A stretch of DNA of 64,000 nt, from positions 9,765-73,764 of the forward strand of contig CACBPP010000003.1 of assembly GCA_902541175.1 (NCBI GenBank). The letters run 5' to 3'. The notes below the pieces were generated by a model. That model had not been told where the DNA came from. It saw only the letters and a list, made by a program, of their open reading frames with translations, and did not search any database. Shown here piece by piece: positions 29,785 through 41,541 of this stretch. A program made the translations under genes and the position numbers. This stretch comes from an uncultured SAR86 cluster bacterium (GTDB taxonomy: Bacteria > Pseudomonadota > Gammaproteobacteria > Magnimaribacterales > D2472). Numbering within the stretch: position 1 is the stretch's first letter; each line of letters begins with the position of its first letter.

Positions 29785-30862
29785 TTCGATGCTGAAGAAG
29801 CTTGAACAGCTTCAAAACAGAATTAATGAAATCCAAGATCTTCTATTAGACTCTAAGACAATTGAAGATATAGATAAATATACATTATTAAATAAAGAGT
29901 TTTCTGAGCTGAAACCAATTGTTGAAAAATTTGATGAATACAATAACGTTTTAAAAAGTATTATAGATGCTAATGAAATAATTGAATCAGGTGATGATGA
30001 TTTGAAAGTTTTAGCCGAAGATGATCTAAAAAGCTATCAAGATATTCCTGAAAAACTTGAACAAGAACTAAAATTTATGCTGTTGCCTAAAGATTCTGCT
30101 GATGATGGCTCAGCATATCTAGAAATAAGATCTGGGGCTGGTGGTGATGAAGCTAGCATCTTTGCAGGTGATTTGTTCAGAATGTATTCAAGGTTGTCAG
30201 AAAGACAGGGTTGGGATTTGGAAGTTATTGATATAAAACCATCTGAGCAAGGGGGGCTTAAAGAGGTTGTAGCTAAATTAAATGGAAAAAGTGTTTTCAA
30301 GGTTCTTAAATTTGAATCCGGAGTGCACAGAGTTCAAAGAGTTCCTGAAACTGAATCACAAGGTAGGGTACATACATCTACTTGCACAGTAGCGGTACTA
30401 CCAGAAGTAGAGGAGGTTCAGGATATAAATATTGATAAAAATGATTTAAGAGTAGATACATTTAGAGCTTCTGGTGCTGGAGGACAGCATGTTAATAAAA
30501 CTGATTCAGCTGTCAGACTTACACATATTCCAACAGGATTAGTTGTTGAGTGCCAAGATGGAAGATCGCAACACAAAAATAAAGAGAAAGCACTATCACT
30601 TCTTGCCGCAAAGTTAAAACAGCAAGAAATTGATAATCAACAAGAAAGCATTGCAAGTGAAAGGAAAATATTAGTAGGTACTGGAGACAGAAGTGAAAAA
30701 ATAAGAACATATAATTTTCCTCAAGGAAGAATGACAGATCATAGAATAAAGTTAACTCAACATAATCTTGATCAAATTATGGATGGTGATATAAAAGAAA
30801 TCTGTGATGCGCTTTTGGCTGAAAATCAACTAGCTATGCTTTCACAACTTGAATCAGAGTAA
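29777..30862 (+). CDS. prfA: peptide chain release factor 1
   Basis: 361 aa with the GGQ motif (SGAGGQHVNKT) and the PxT-type recognition region (RVQRVPETESQGRVHTS). Confidence 0.97.
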   Translation: MHDSMLKKLEQLQNRINEIQDLLLDSKTIEDIDKYTLLNKEFSELKPIVEKFDEYNNVLKSIIDANEIIESGDDDLKVLAEDDLKSYQDIPEKLEQELKFMLLPKDSADDGSAYLEIRSGAGGDEASIFAGDLFRMYSRLSERQGWDLEVIDIKPSEQGGLKEVVAKLNGKSVFKVLKFESGVHRVQRVPETESQGRVHTSTCTVAVLPEVEEVQDINIDKNDLRVDTFRASGAGGQHVNKTDSAVRLTHIPTGLVVECQDGRSQHKNKEKALSLLAAKLKQQEIDNQQESIASERKILVGTGDRSEKIRTYNFPQGRMTDHRIKLTQHNLDQIMDGDIKEICDALLAENQLAMLSQLESE

Positions 30863-31678
30863 TTGAAAAAACATTTAAGTCATTACATTGATATGCTTGA
30901 TAGCCAAGCTATTAAAAAAGATTTTATTTTTTTTCTTAAAGAAAAATTAGGCTTCACTGATATCGAAATTTATACAAATCCAAACATAGTTATTAAAAAT
31001 AAAGATAAAATTTTAATTGAGACGTTCTTAAAACAAAAAGAAGAGGGTATTCCGTTAGACTATATTTTAAATTTTTCTAAATTCTACGAATATGAATTTT
31101 TTGTTGATTCACGGGTTTTAATTCCAAGACCAGAGACAGAAATCATAGTTGATTATGTAAATAATCATTTCCCATCTTCTATTAACGTTCTAGATGCTGG
31201 CACAGGCTCTGGATGTATTGGTATCTCAATTGCGCTTCAGAATCCAAGTTTTAAGGTGTATGGTTCAGATTATTCAGAGGATGCCATAAATATTGCATTT
31301 ACAAATAAAAATAACCTTGATGTAAAAAATTTTTCACCAATTCTTGCAGATTGGCTTTCCTGCTTTAAAACAAAATGTTTTGACTTGATCGTAAGCAATC
31401 CTCCATATATTGCAGAGGGAGATTCTCATTTAGAGAAACTGATTCATGAGCCAAAAATTGCTTTAGTCTCAAAAGAGAATGGACTTCTTTGTATTAAAAA
31501 AATTGTTGAACAATCTAATAAAGTCCTAAAAAATGGCGGAACTTTAATTATTGAACATGGATATCAACAGCAAAATGATGTCGAAGCAATATTTAAAAGA
31601 AATAAGTTCTCAAAGATAAGAAATTTAAAAGATTTACAGTCACTTCCAAGAATAACTATTGGGACTCTTGAAAAATAA
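30863..31678 (+). CDS. prmC: release factor glutamine N5-methyltransferase PrmC
   Basis: 271 aa with SAM motif LDAGTGSGCIG and catalytic NPPY (VSNPPYI). The track start is TTG (30863); an alternative ATG lies at 30893. Confidence 0.88.
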   Translation: MKKHLSHYIDMLDSQAIKKDFIFFLKEKLGFTDIEIYTNPNIVIKNKDKILIETFLKQKEEGIPLDYILNFSKFYEYEFFVDSRVLIPRPETEIIVDYVNNHFPSSINVLDAGTGSGCIGISIALQNPSFKVYGSDYSEDAINIAFTNKNNLDVKNFSPILADWLSCFKTKCFDLIVSNPPYIAEGDSHLEKLIHEPKIALVSKENGLLCIKKIVEQSNKVLKNGGTLIIEHGYQQQNDVEAIFKRNKFSKIRNLKDLQSLPRITIGTLEK

Positions 31679-31679
31679 G

Positions 31680-33119
31680 TTAAGTTCCGCAATAAGTAAT
31701 GTATGGTTCATTAGAAGATGGGGCTAAAGTATATTTTTCAAATCCATTTTTTTCAGTAAAAGGTTCTTTTAGTAACTCACCAATCAAATTAATTTCTTTC
31801 ATGTCTCCATTAACAGCATTTATAAGCGCATCTTCAATAATATGATTTCTAGGTATGTAACAAGGATTTTTTAAATTCATTTTGTTAGAAACATTTGCAA
31901 CATTAATTTCTTTTTTCCAGGATCTGTACCATACTGAAAAATCTTTAGATTTATTAAAAATTGAATCTTCTATAGTAAGTGATTGATCAATAATTTTTGC
32001 AAGATTTCTAAATGACAACGTAAAGTCTATTGATTCAGAATGTAATATTTTTAAATAGTCATCAATTATTTTTGAATTATCATTATCAATATTTTGAAGG
32101 CCTAATTTTTCAGCAAATTCTTTATAGAAATATTCTTGATATGACGGCATTGCAAGTTGTAGAACTTCTGTGAGTTTTTTTACTGAAATCTCTTCATCTT
32201 CATCAACTAATGGTATGAGTGCTTCAGCAAATTTTGCCAGATTCCATATTACTATTGCTGGTTGGTTTTGATATGAGTATCTTCCGTTATGATCAATCGA
32301 GCTAAATACTGTTTTTGGATCATAAGTATTCATGAATGCACAAGGACCATAGTCAATAGTTTCACCAGAAATCGTCACGTTATCAGTATTCATAACTCCA
32401 TGAACAAATCCAAGACCCATCCATTTTGATATCAATGAAGCCTGCTTATCACAAACAGCTGCAAAAAAACTTAGATATTTGTTATCGGTCTGCTCTAAAT
32501 CTGGGTAGTGCCTATCAATAGAGTAATCGGCAAGCGTTTTAAGTACTTTATTATTTTTTGTTCTTGCATATTCAAATGTACCAATTCTGATATGACTTTT
32601 TGCGACCCTAGTTAAAATTCCACCTGGAAGTAATGTTTCTCTTAAGACATCTTCATTTGTTTTTAATGCAAAAAGAGACCTTGTTGTTGGTATTTTTAAT
32701 GCATGCATAAATTCACTTATTACATACTCTCTCAACACTGGACTTAAAGCTGACCTGCCATCGCCTCTTCTAGAATATGGCGTTTGACCAATTCCTTTTA
32801 ATTGAATATCCATCTTATTAATTTCACCTAATAAAATTGCTCTTCCATCACCAAGTTGAGGATTAAAGTGACCAAATTGATGACCAGAGTAGGCTTGAGC
32901 AATTGGTATTGAGTTTTGCAGTAGTTTATTCCCAGCAAATATATCTAGACAGTCACTGGAGTCTACATAATCTTTATCAAAACCTAGTTCTTCGGCAAGA
33001 GAATAATTTTTTAAAATCATCTCAGCATTTTTAAAACCTTTTGGAGGACATTTTTCTGAAATTTCATGAAGTTCTTCAGCATAAGAGTTCATAATATTTA
33101 GGTTTTTGATATTTTCCAC
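31680..33119 (-). CDS. selO: protein adenylyltransferase SelO (YdiU family)
   Basis: 479 aa with characteristic YSGHQFGHFNPQLGDGRAILLGE, HGVMNTDN and IDYGPCAFM. Confidence 0.88.
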   Translation of the reverse strand: MENIKNLNIMNSYAEELHEISEKCPPKGFKNAEMILKNYSLAEELGFDKDYVDSSDCLDIFAGNKLLQNSIPIAQAYSGHQFGHFNPQLGDGRAILLGEINKMDIQLKGIGQTPYSRRGDGRSALSPVLREYVISEFMHALKIPTTRSLFALKTNEDVLRETLLPGGILTRVAKSHIRIGTFEYARTKNNKVLKTLADYSIDRHYPDLEQTDNKYLSFFAAVCDKQASLISKWMGLGFVHGVMNTDNVTISGETIDYGPCAFMNTYDPKTVFSSIDHNGRYSYQNQPAIVIWNLAKFAEALIPLVDEDEEISVKKLTEVLQLAMPSYQEYFYKEFAEKLGLQNIDNDNSKIIDDYLKILHSESIDFTLSFRNLAKIIDQSLTIEDSIFNKSKDFSVWYRSWKKEINVANVSNKMNLKNPCYIPRNHIIEDALINAVNGDMKEINLIGELLKEPFTEKNGFEKYTLAPSSNEPYITYCGT

Positions 33120-33126
33120 TTTTATC

Positions 33127-33792
33127 TTAATCGATAAATTTCACAAAAGATTCTAAATTTTCTCTTCTTGTTCTGTATTGATTTATTGGATGATTTTCAT
33201 CTTCATAACCAATAGCAACACCACACCAAACAATTTCATTGTCTGGATGGTCAATATGTTTCTTTACAGTTTTAGGATAAATTGACCAAGACTCTTGAAG
33301 ACAAAGACCTAAGCCAAAGTGAATAGCACTTAACCATAGATTTTCTAGAAACATACCAACATGCCCCCATCCATTTCTTCCAAATGATCTATCTATAGTT
33401 ATTATCATTCCAATAGGAGCTCCAAAAAAATTGTAGTTTTCTCTAATTTGTTTAAAACGAGAATCAAGATCATCCTTTTTAATTGATAAAGCATTATACA
33501 TATCCGCACCACATTCATATCTTCTTTTTTTGTATTCATCTGCAAGTGGTTTTGGATAAATGTCATATTCAATTTCTTCTTGAACTCCAGTATCAAAATT
33601 TTGAAGCGTTTCTTTTGCTAAATTATTTTTTGCTTGTTCACTAAGCACATATACTTTCCAAGGTTGTATATTTCCGCCTGAGGGAGCTGCATTTGCGGTT
33701 TTTATAATTTCACTAATCAATTTCATATCAGGAACTTCCTTTGTAAAAGCTCTCACAGAAAATCGTTTTTCAATACCTTCTTTTATATTCAT
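33127..33792 (-). CDS. NAD(P)H nitroreductase family protein
   Basis: 221 aa with the nitroreductase-fold N-terminus RFSVRAFTKEVP...APSGGNIQPWK. Lies 7 nt upstream of selO on the same strand. Confidence 0.8.
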   Translation of the reverse strand: MNIKEGIEKRFSVRAFTKEVPDMKLISEIIKTANAAPSGGNIQPWKVYVLSEQAKNNLAKETLQNFDTGVQEEIEYDIYPKPLADEYKKRRYECGADMYNALSIKKDDLDSRFKQIRENYNFFGAPIGMIITIDRSFGRNGWGHVGMFLENLWLSAIHFGLGLCLQESWSIYPKTVKKHIDHPDNEIVWCGVAIGYEDENHPINQYRTRRENLESFVKFID

Positions 33793-33859
33793 AATTTTGT
33801 TATCAAATTTTGTTGGTTCTTATATAATTTATAACAAACATCATAAGGGAGCAATTTAT

Positions 33860-35476
33860 ATGATTGGAGATATGCAAAGTTGGAAGCCTAATGTAGCTGG
33901 TATTATCGAGCATGCGAGGTCAATGCACCCAAGTACTGAAGTTGTTAGCAGACTTGTTTCTGGTGAAATACATAAAACAAATTATGAAGAGGTATGTATC
34001 AGATCTAGAAAATTAGCTTCAGCACTTGAAAAAGATGGTATTAAAAAAGGTGATGTAATAGCGACATTGGCATTAAATACCTATAGGCATTTAGAAATGT
34101 ACTATGGTATTTCAGGAATGGGAGCGATCACTCATACTTTAAATTTTAGATTACATCCAGAGCAAGCAGTCTACATCATTAATCATGCTGAAGATAAGAT
34201 GATTTTTGTTGAATTGCCTTTTATACCTATCCTTGAAGGACTTCAAGATAATCTTAGTACTGTAGAAAAATACGTCGTCTTGTGCAATGAAGATGAAATG
34301 CCAGAAACTTCATTAAAGAATGCTTTATCTTATGAAGAATACATTAAAAATGGTGATGAAAATTATTCATGGCCTGACATGGATGATGATGCAGCCTGTG
34401 CACTATGTTATACATCTGGAACAACAGGTAATCCAAAAGGAGTATTGTACAGCCACAAATCAAATATTTTACATGCTCAAGTTGCTTTAACTGCAATGAC
34501 AATTCAAGCAGATGATTCAATATTAATGGTAGTTCCATTGTTTCATGTTTTGGCATGGGGGATACCTTATTTTGGCCCTATGAACGGAAACAAACTTGTT
34601 ATGCCAGGCATGCAAATGGAAGGCGAGCCTCTTTACGAACTTATTGATAAAGAAGATGTAACGCTTGCTTTTGGAGTTCCTACCATATGGATGGGTCTTC
34701 TAGCATACTGTAGGGATAATAATAAGATTTTAAATTCAGTAAAAAACACAATTATTGGCGGGTCAGCATTATCTTTATCAACACTACAAGAGTTTGATGA
34801 AGTTCACGATGTAAATGTAATACATGCCTGGGGAATGACTGAAATGAGTCCAATGGGCACCACAAATATACCAACTCCGGCAATGAAAAATATGTCTAAA
34901 GATGAAAAATATTCTGTTCAATTAAAACAAGGTAGGCCAATATACGGAGTTGAATTAAAGGTTGTTGATGATAAGGGTAATGAATTACCAAAAGATGGAG
35001 AGTCACAAGGACATCTAATGGTAAGAGGTCCTTGGATCCTTCAAAAATATTTCAAATCAGATGAAGATGCAGTGGATGCAGACGGTTGGTTTGATACTGG
35101 AGACATATCTGTTCTTGATGAAGATGGATATATGACTATAAAAGATAGGGCAAAAGATGTTATTAAATCTGGTGGTGAATGGATCAGTTCTATTGATCTT
35201 GAAAATGCTGCATTTGGACATCCTGAGGTTGCGGAGGCATGTGTTGTTGGTATTCCTCATCCAAAATGGGATGAGAGGCCAATGTTATTTGTTGTTACAA
35301 ATTCTGGAGAACCAATTGAAAAAAATAGCATTATTGAATTTTTAAGTGACAAGGTTGCAAAATGGTGGCTTCCTGACGAAATAATCTTTTTAAAAGAGTT
35401 GCCTCACGGTGCTACTGGAAAACTTCAAAAATTTGAACTAAGAGAAGAATATAACAATTATTATATGGAGAAATAA
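33860..35476 (+). CDS. AMP-dependent acyl-CoA synthetase/ligase (fatty-acid-CoA ligase family)
   Basis: Start moved from 33797 to the ATG at 33860, preceded by AAGGGAG. AMP-binding motif [12 protein letters not shown], plus WGMTE, GWFDTGD and the C-terminal GK. Confidence 0.85.
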   Translation: MIGDMQSWKPNVAGIIEHARSMHPSTEVVSRLVSGEIHKTNYEEVCIRSRKLASALEKDGIKKGDVIATLALNTYRHLEMYYGISGMGAITHTLNFRLHPEQAVYIINHAEDKMIFVELPFIPILEGLQDNLSTVEKYVVLCNEDEMPETSLKNALSYEEYIKNGDENYSWPDMDDDAACALCYTSGTTGNPKGVLYSHKSNILHAQVALTAMTIQADDSILMVVPLFHVLAWGIPYFGPMNGNKLVMPGMQMEGEPLYELIDKEDVTLAFGVPTIWMGLLAYCRDNNKILNSVKNTIIGGSALSLSTLQEFDEVHDVNVIHAWGMTEMSPMGTTNIPTPAMKNMSKDEKYSVQLKQGRPIYGVELKVVDDKGNELPKDGESQGHLMVRGPWILQKYFKSDEDAVDADGWFDTGDISVLDEDGYMTIKDRAKDVIKSGGEWISSIDLENAAFGHPEVAEACVVGIPHPKWDERPMLFVVTNSGEPIEKNSIIEFLSDKVAKWWLPDEIIFLKELPHGATGKLQKFELREEYNNYYMEK

Positions 35477-35477
35477 T

Positions 35478-35939
35478 ATGTTAAAAGTTGTGAAGCCCTC
35501 TGAAATTGACTCGGTAATAGGCACTGAGGTAGGAACATCTGAGTGGGTAACAATTGATCAAGAAAGAATAAACAAGTTTGCTGATGCAACTATGGATCAT
35601 CAATTTATTCACGTTGATCCTGATCAAGCTACTCCTGTATTTGGTTCAACTATTGCTCATGGATTTTTATCTCTTTCATTAGTAGCTGGTATTCCATTTT
35701 CTCAAGAAATTGGAATGGTTCTTGAAGGAACTAAAATGGGTCTTAATTATGGTTTAGATAAGGTGAGGTTTCTAAGTCCGGTCCCTGTAAATTCAGAAGT
35801 TAGAATTCATATGAAATGCTTAGATATTACTGAAAAGAATCCTGGACAATATTTAGCTAAAACTGAAGTTACAATGGAAATTAAAGGTGTTGAAAAGCCT
35901 GCTTTTGTAGCAGAAACATTGAGCATGTTTGTAGTTTAA
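35478..35939 (+). CDS. MaoC-like (R)-specific enoyl-CoA hydratase/dehydratase
   Basis: 153 aa hot-dog fold pattern (FADATMDHQFIHVDPD...TIAHGFL). Start is 1 nt after the acyl-CoA synthetase stop. Confidence 0.8.
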   Translation: MLKVVKPSEIDSVIGTEVGTSEWVTIDQERINKFADATMDHQFIHVDPDQATPVFGSTIAHGFLSLSLVAGIPFSQEIGMVLEGTKMGLNYGLDKVRFLSPVPVNSEVRIHMKCLDITEKNPGQYLAKTEVTMEIKGVEKPAFVAETLSMFVV

Positions 35940-35941
35940 AT

Positions 35942-37369
35942 CTATTTTAAAAGATCTTTTAAAATTTCATTGACAGCCTTAGGATTAGCTTTGCCTTGAG
36001 TTTCTTTCATTATTTGACCAACAAAAAATCCAAAAAGCTTATCTTTACCGGCTTTATAAGCTGATACCTGATTAGGATTAGACTCTATAACCTTTTTAGC
36101 AATATCCTCGAGTATGCTTTCATCTTGAATTTGGACTAAGCCTTTTGATTGAATAATTTCATCAACATCAGATGCTGTTTCCCAGACCTCCTCAAGAACC
36201 GACTTTGCAATCTTTCCAGAGATAGTGCCATCCGAAATACGTTCAATTAGTATTCCAAAATTCTCAGCGGATAGATTTGATTCATCAATATCAATATTGT
36301 CTTTATTTAATAAGGCACTGATATCACCTACTAACCATTTAGCAACTAATTTGGCATCATCTGTTTTAGAAGAGGCTGCTTCAAACATATTTGCCATAGT
36401 TTTGGAAGAGGAAATAATTTTTGCTTCTGATTCGTCAAGGCCTATTTCATTAATGTATCTAATTTCTTTCTCTTCAGGAAGTTCAGGAAGATTTTCCTTA
36501 ATTTCTTTTAACTCTTTGTCTGAGATTATTACAGGTAAAAGGTCAGGACATGGGAAATATCTATAATCATTTGCTTCTTCTTTAGATCGCATTGATCTTG
36601 TCTCATTTTTTTCACTGTCATAAAGTCTTGTTTCTTGAACAACACTTTCACCATTTTCAATTAATCTTATTTGCCTATCAATTTCAAAGTTAATAGCTTT
36701 TTCAATAAATTTAAAGGAGTTAATATTTTTAAGTTCAGCTCTTGTTCCAAGTTCCTTGTCACCACTTTTTTTTATTGAAACATTAACATCGCATCTCATT
36801 GAACCTTGGGCCATATTTCCGTCACAGATATCTAAAAAAGTTACTAATTGTCTAATAGCTTTAAAATATGCAACAGCCTCTTTGGCGCTTGAAATTTCAG
36901 GCTCAGATACGATTTCAAGAAGCGGGGTACCAGCTCTATTTAAATCTACTCCAGTTTCTCCTTCGAACATGTCATGAATTGATTTTCCCGCATCTTCTTC
37001 AAGATGTGCTCTCGTTATGTTGATTTCCTTATCATAATCATCGACAGTAATTTTAATCGAGCCTTTTTCTACTATAGGTTGAGTCATTTGAGTTATTTGA
37101 TAACCTTTTGGTAAGTCAGGATAAAAGTAATTTTTTCGATCAAATGATGATGTTTGGTTAATATTTGCTCCTGTAGCGAGACCAAATCGTATGGCTTTAT
37201 AAAATGCCTCTCTGTTTGCAACTGGGAGAACTCCCGGCAATCCCATATCTATCAAGTCAACATGTGTATTAGATTCTGCTCCGAATTTTGTTGAGCCGCC
37301 AGAAAATAATTTTGACTTAGTTGATAGCTGAACGTGTATTTCAAGTCCAATTACTGTCTCCCAACTCAT
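35942..37369 (-). CDS. gatB: Asp-tRNA(Asn)/Glu-tRNA(Gln) amidotransferase subunit B
   Basis: 475 aa: MSWETVIGLEIHVQL, NRAGTPLLEIVSEP and a C-terminal YqeY-like tail. Confidence 0.95.
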   Translation of the reverse strand: MSWETVIGLEIHVQLSTKSKLFSGGSTKFGAESNTHVDLIDMGLPGVLPVANREAFYKAIRFGLATGANINQTSSFDRKNYFYPDLPKGYQITQMTQPIVEKGSIKITVDDYDKEINITRAHLEEDAGKSIHDMFEGETGVDLNRAGTPLLEIVSEPEISSAKEAVAYFKAIRQLVTFLDICDGNMAQGSMRCDVNVSIKKSGDKELGTRAELKNINSFKFIEKAINFEIDRQIRLIENGESVVQETRLYDSEKNETRSMRSKEEANDYRYFPCPDLLPVIISDKELKEIKENLPELPEEKEIRYINEIGLDESEAKIISSSKTMANMFEAASSKTDDAKLVAKWLVGDISALLNKDNIDIDESNLSAENFGILIERISDGTISGKIAKSVLEEVWETASDVDEIIQSKGLVQIQDESILEDIAKKVIESNPNQVSAYKAGKDKLFGFFVGQIMKETQGKANPKAVNEILKDLLK

Positions 37370-38817
37370 TGTTTTATTCCTTCAGGTGTATGCATATGCC
37401 AATTCGTTTCATTTTGAAACATGTGAGCGAAGTTAAGAATGGTGCTTTCATCTAAAAAGTTTCCAATTATTTGGAGTCCAATTGGTTTATTTTCAATATT
37501 TCCATTTGGAATAGACATAGCTGGTAATCCTGCAAGATTGGCAGATATTGTGAACAAGTCCTCTAGATACATTTGTATAGGATCATCACCTTTAGATCCT
37601 ATTTTAAATGCTGGCCCCCTGGTAGTGGGCGTCATTATTACATCAATTTTTTTAAATGCATTGTCAAAATCATTTTTTATTAATCTTCTTACTTGTTGAG
37701 CTTTTTTGTAATAAGCATCGTAATAACCAGCAGAAAGAACGTACGAACCAATCAATATCCTTCTTTTTACTTCATTTCCAAAACCCTCAGAACGAGTTTT
37801 TACATACAACTCCTCAAGATCTTTGACATCTTCTGATCTCATACCAAATTTAACTCCATCAAATCTTGACAAATTTGAAGAACACTCTGCTGGCGCAACA
37901 ACATAATAAGTTGGTACTGATAATGATAAATGTGGTAAAGAGATATCAACCAGTTCAGCTCCCATGGATTCAAATTCTTTCAATGAATTTTGATATATTT
38001 CAACAACATCATTATCAAGATTTGATAGATCTAAATCTTTTACAATACCTATCTTTTTTCCTTTTAAAGAGCTATTTAAATTTTCTTCAAAGTCAGGGAT
38101 GGCATTATCTAGAGAGGTTGTATCTTTTTCATCATGAGAGCACATTTCATTTAACATTAAAGCACAGTCTTCTGCAGTTCTTGCCATTGGACCAGCCTGA
38201 TCAAGGCTTGATGCAAAAGCTATCATTCCCCATCTAGAAACTCTGCCATAAGTTGGCTTTATACCAGTTATTCCACAAAGAGAAGCTGGCTGTCTAATTG
38301 AGCCTCCTGTATCTGTTCCTGTAGCAGCAGGAACTAGTCCAGCAGCTACAGCAGATGCTGCTCCACCTGAACTACCACCTGGAACTAAATCTTTGCCCCA
38401 TGGATTTATAACATTTCCAAAGAAACTTGTTTCATTTGAAGATCCCATAGCAAATTCGTCCATATTAGTTTTACCAACTGAAATACATCCCGCATTTTCA
38501 AGATTTTCAATAACAGTTGCTGAATATGGAGGTATGAAATTATTTAATATATTTGAACCACAAGTTGTTCTAAGACCTTCTGTACAAAAAAGATCTTTTT
38601 GAGCAATCGGAATGCCTGCAAGAGGTAAGTTAGAAGGACTATTATCAAGCTCTTCAGCTTTTTTTATTGAATTTTCCTCATTGAGAGTGATGAATGTATT
38701 TAAGTCTTGAAACTGATTAATAAGAGAAAATACCTCTTGAATAACTTCTTTATTAGAAATCTCTTTGTGAGAAATCATATTTTTGATTTCTTTTATTGAC
38801 TTATACTTTATTGTCAC
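37366..38817 (-). CDS. gatA: Asp-tRNA(Asn)/Glu-tRNA(Gln) amidotransferase subunit A
   Basis: 483 aa with amidase signature GGSSGGAASAVAA..TDTGGSIRQPA. 4-nt overlaps with both gatC and gatB. Confidence 0.95.
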   Translation of the reverse strand: MTIKYKSIKEIKNMISHKEISNKEVIQEVFSLINQFQDLNTFITLNEENSIKKAEELDNSPSNLPLAGIPIAQKDLFCTEGLRTTCGSNILNNFIPPYSATVIENLENAGCISVGKTNMDEFAMGSSNETSFFGNVINPWGKDLVPGGSSGGAASAVAAGLVPAATGTDTGGSIRQPASLCGITGIKPTYGRVSRWGMIAFASSLDQAGPMARTAEDCALMLNEMCSHDEKDTTSLDNAIPDFEENLNSSLKGKKIGIVKDLDLSNLDNDVVEIYQNSLKEFESMGAELVDISLPHLSLSVPTYYVVAPAECSSNLSRFDGVKFGMRSEDVKDLEELYVKTRSEGFGNEVKRRILIGSYVLSAGYYDAYYKKAQQVRRLIKNDFDNAFKKIDVIMTPTTRGPAFKIGSKGDDPIQMYLEDLFTISANLAGLPAMSIPNGNIENKPIGLQIIGNFLDESTILNFAHMFQNETNWHMHTPEGIKQ

Positions 38818-39095
38818 TCAACAACCCTGGGTACTAAAAAATAGTCTTCATTTGCTGAAGGCGCAACTTCTAATAGCTTTTTCTTTAAATTTTTAGCTGT
38901 AACTATATCTTTTCTTGTTTTAGCTGTTTTCTCAAGAGGATTAGCTAAAGGATCTATCTCAGAGGTATCAACGTCATTAAGCTGGTCAACAAATTCAATA
39001 ATATTACTTAAATCATTAATAATTTTTTGCTCATTTTCATTATCAATTTTTAGTCTTGATAAGTAAGATATAGTTGTTACTGTTTTCTTGTCCAT
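38814..39095 (-). CDS. gatC: Asp-tRNA(Asn)/Glu-tRNA(Gln) amidotransferase subunit C
   Basis: 93 aa. Position at the head of gatCAB and a typical C-terminal ending (YFLVPRVVE). Confidence 0.88.
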   Translation of the reverse strand: MDKKTVTTISYLSRLKIDNENEQKIINDLSNIIEFVDQLNDVDTSEIDPLANPLEKTAKTRKDIVTAKNLKKKLLEVAPSANEDYFLVPRVVE

Positions 39096-39172
39096 ATATA
39101 GGATATTATTATAGTTTAGTGGGGGGATATTAACCTAACTTGCAAATTATTTAAATTGTTTATAGAGGATAG

Positions 39173-40225
<1,053 letters not shown>

Positions 40226-40230
40226 GTCGA

Positions 40231-41067
40231 ATGGCTAGGGCAGCCCCAACTCCTGGTCAAAAGTTAAGCTTTATTTTTTTTATTATATTAGGCTCATTAT
40301 TTTTATATATTGATATAACTTCAAATAATTTTAAGAGCATTAAAAATGGATTTAAATCATTCAAAATTTCGTCTTTTTATGTTGTCAAAGAAATTTCAAT
40401 AGAACCTCTTAAATCAATAGTCAATCTTTCAAAGTCAAAAAGTAAGTTAGTTGAAGAAAATAAAGATTTAAGGGAGGCCTTAGAAATAAGTTATATAAAT
40501 AATTATTTAGTTTCTAAAGAAAACATTTTTTTTAAAGACAAAGAAATTATTAAAAAAGCACACAATGAGAATAATTATAAATTTGAATATGATATTGCAT
40601 ATCTAAAAAGTATTGATCCTAATATGTACAAATGCTGTGATAAACACAGAATGTATATAGATATTAAGCAAAATTCTGATAATTTGTATGTTGAAAGTAT
40701 TGTTTTTAATACTGAAGGGCTAGTAGGACAAATTATTGATGAAAGTAGATTTTATGAAGTGCTACTTCTGACAGATATTTCTCATTCTTTGCCAGTAAAA
40801 TTAAATTCAAGTGAATTCTTTTGTAATGCAAAAGGAAGTGGTAGATCTGAATATATTATTTGTACTTACAATCATCTTGTATGGACCAAAGAGATAGAAG
40901 AAAATCAAATTTTTTATACATCTGGTTTAGGCGGCATTTATCCAAAGGATATTGAAGTTGGACATGTTAGCTCGATTGAAATCATTGATCCAACACAAAC
41001 TAATATAGAAATTAAATTACTAGCCAATCCCCTTAATGGAGATATGTTTGGAGTGTTAAAGTATTGA
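40231..41067 (+). CDS. mreC: rod shape-determining protein MreC
   Basis: 278 aa with an N-terminal TM segment, a coiled-coil segment (ENKDLREALE) and a C-terminal beta domain with TSGLGGIYPKDIEVG. Confidence 0.75.
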   Translation: MARAAPTPGQKLSFIFFIILGSLFLYIDITSNNFKSIKNGFKSFKISSFYVVKEISIEPLKSIVNLSKSKSKLVEENKDLREALEISYINNYLVSKENIFFKDKEIIKKAHNENNYKFEYDIAYLKSIDPNMYKCCDKHRMYIDIKQNSDNLYVESIVFNTEGLVGQIIDESRFYEVLLLTDISHSLPVKLNSSEFFCNAKGSGRSEYIICTYNHLVWTKEIEENQIFYTSGLGGIYPKDIEVGHVSSIEIIDPTQTNIEIKLLANPLNGDMFGVLKY

Positions 41068-41540
41068 TGATAAGTTTATTAAAAAGATTATTCTTGATTA
41101 TTTTTATTAATTTTATTGACCAAAATTTTGCTCTTTTATTCTCAAAAATATTCATAATTATTCCTTTAACATTTTTAGCATTTTCCTTTTATGTTTATAA
41201 ATCAGATAAAAATATAAGCTCTTTAGAGGCTTTTTCTTTTGGTTTTTTTGTTGATTTAATTTCAGATTCTTATTTTGGTTTAAATACAATTATTTTTTGT
41301 CTAACAACATACCTTATAAATCAAAATGCTAATTCATTTAAATTATTTAGTTATCTGCAAATATGTTTATTTTTTGGATTATCTGCTTCGGCATATGTTG
41401 GATTTAGTCAATTAATTGTCAATTTATATGATTTCTCATATACAACTCTTTTACTAAGCTTATTTGCGAACATAATTTTTTGTTTTGTTGTTGCTTTAGT
41501 TGCATCATACTATCCACAAAGGTTAAGTATTAAACTTTGA
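41064..41540 (+). CDS. mreD: rod shape-determining protein MreD
   Basis: 158 aa polytopic membrane protein directly after mreC with a 4-nt overlap. The call is largely positional. Confidence 0.65.
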   Translation: MMISLLKRLFLIIFINFIDQNFALLFSKIFIIIPLTFLAFSFYVYKSDKNISSLEAFSFGFFVDLISDSYFGLNTIIFCLTTYLINQNANSFKLFSYLQICLFFGLSASAYVGFSQLIVNLYDFSYTTLLLSLFANIIFCFVVALVASYYPQRLSIKL

Positions 41541-41541
41541 A

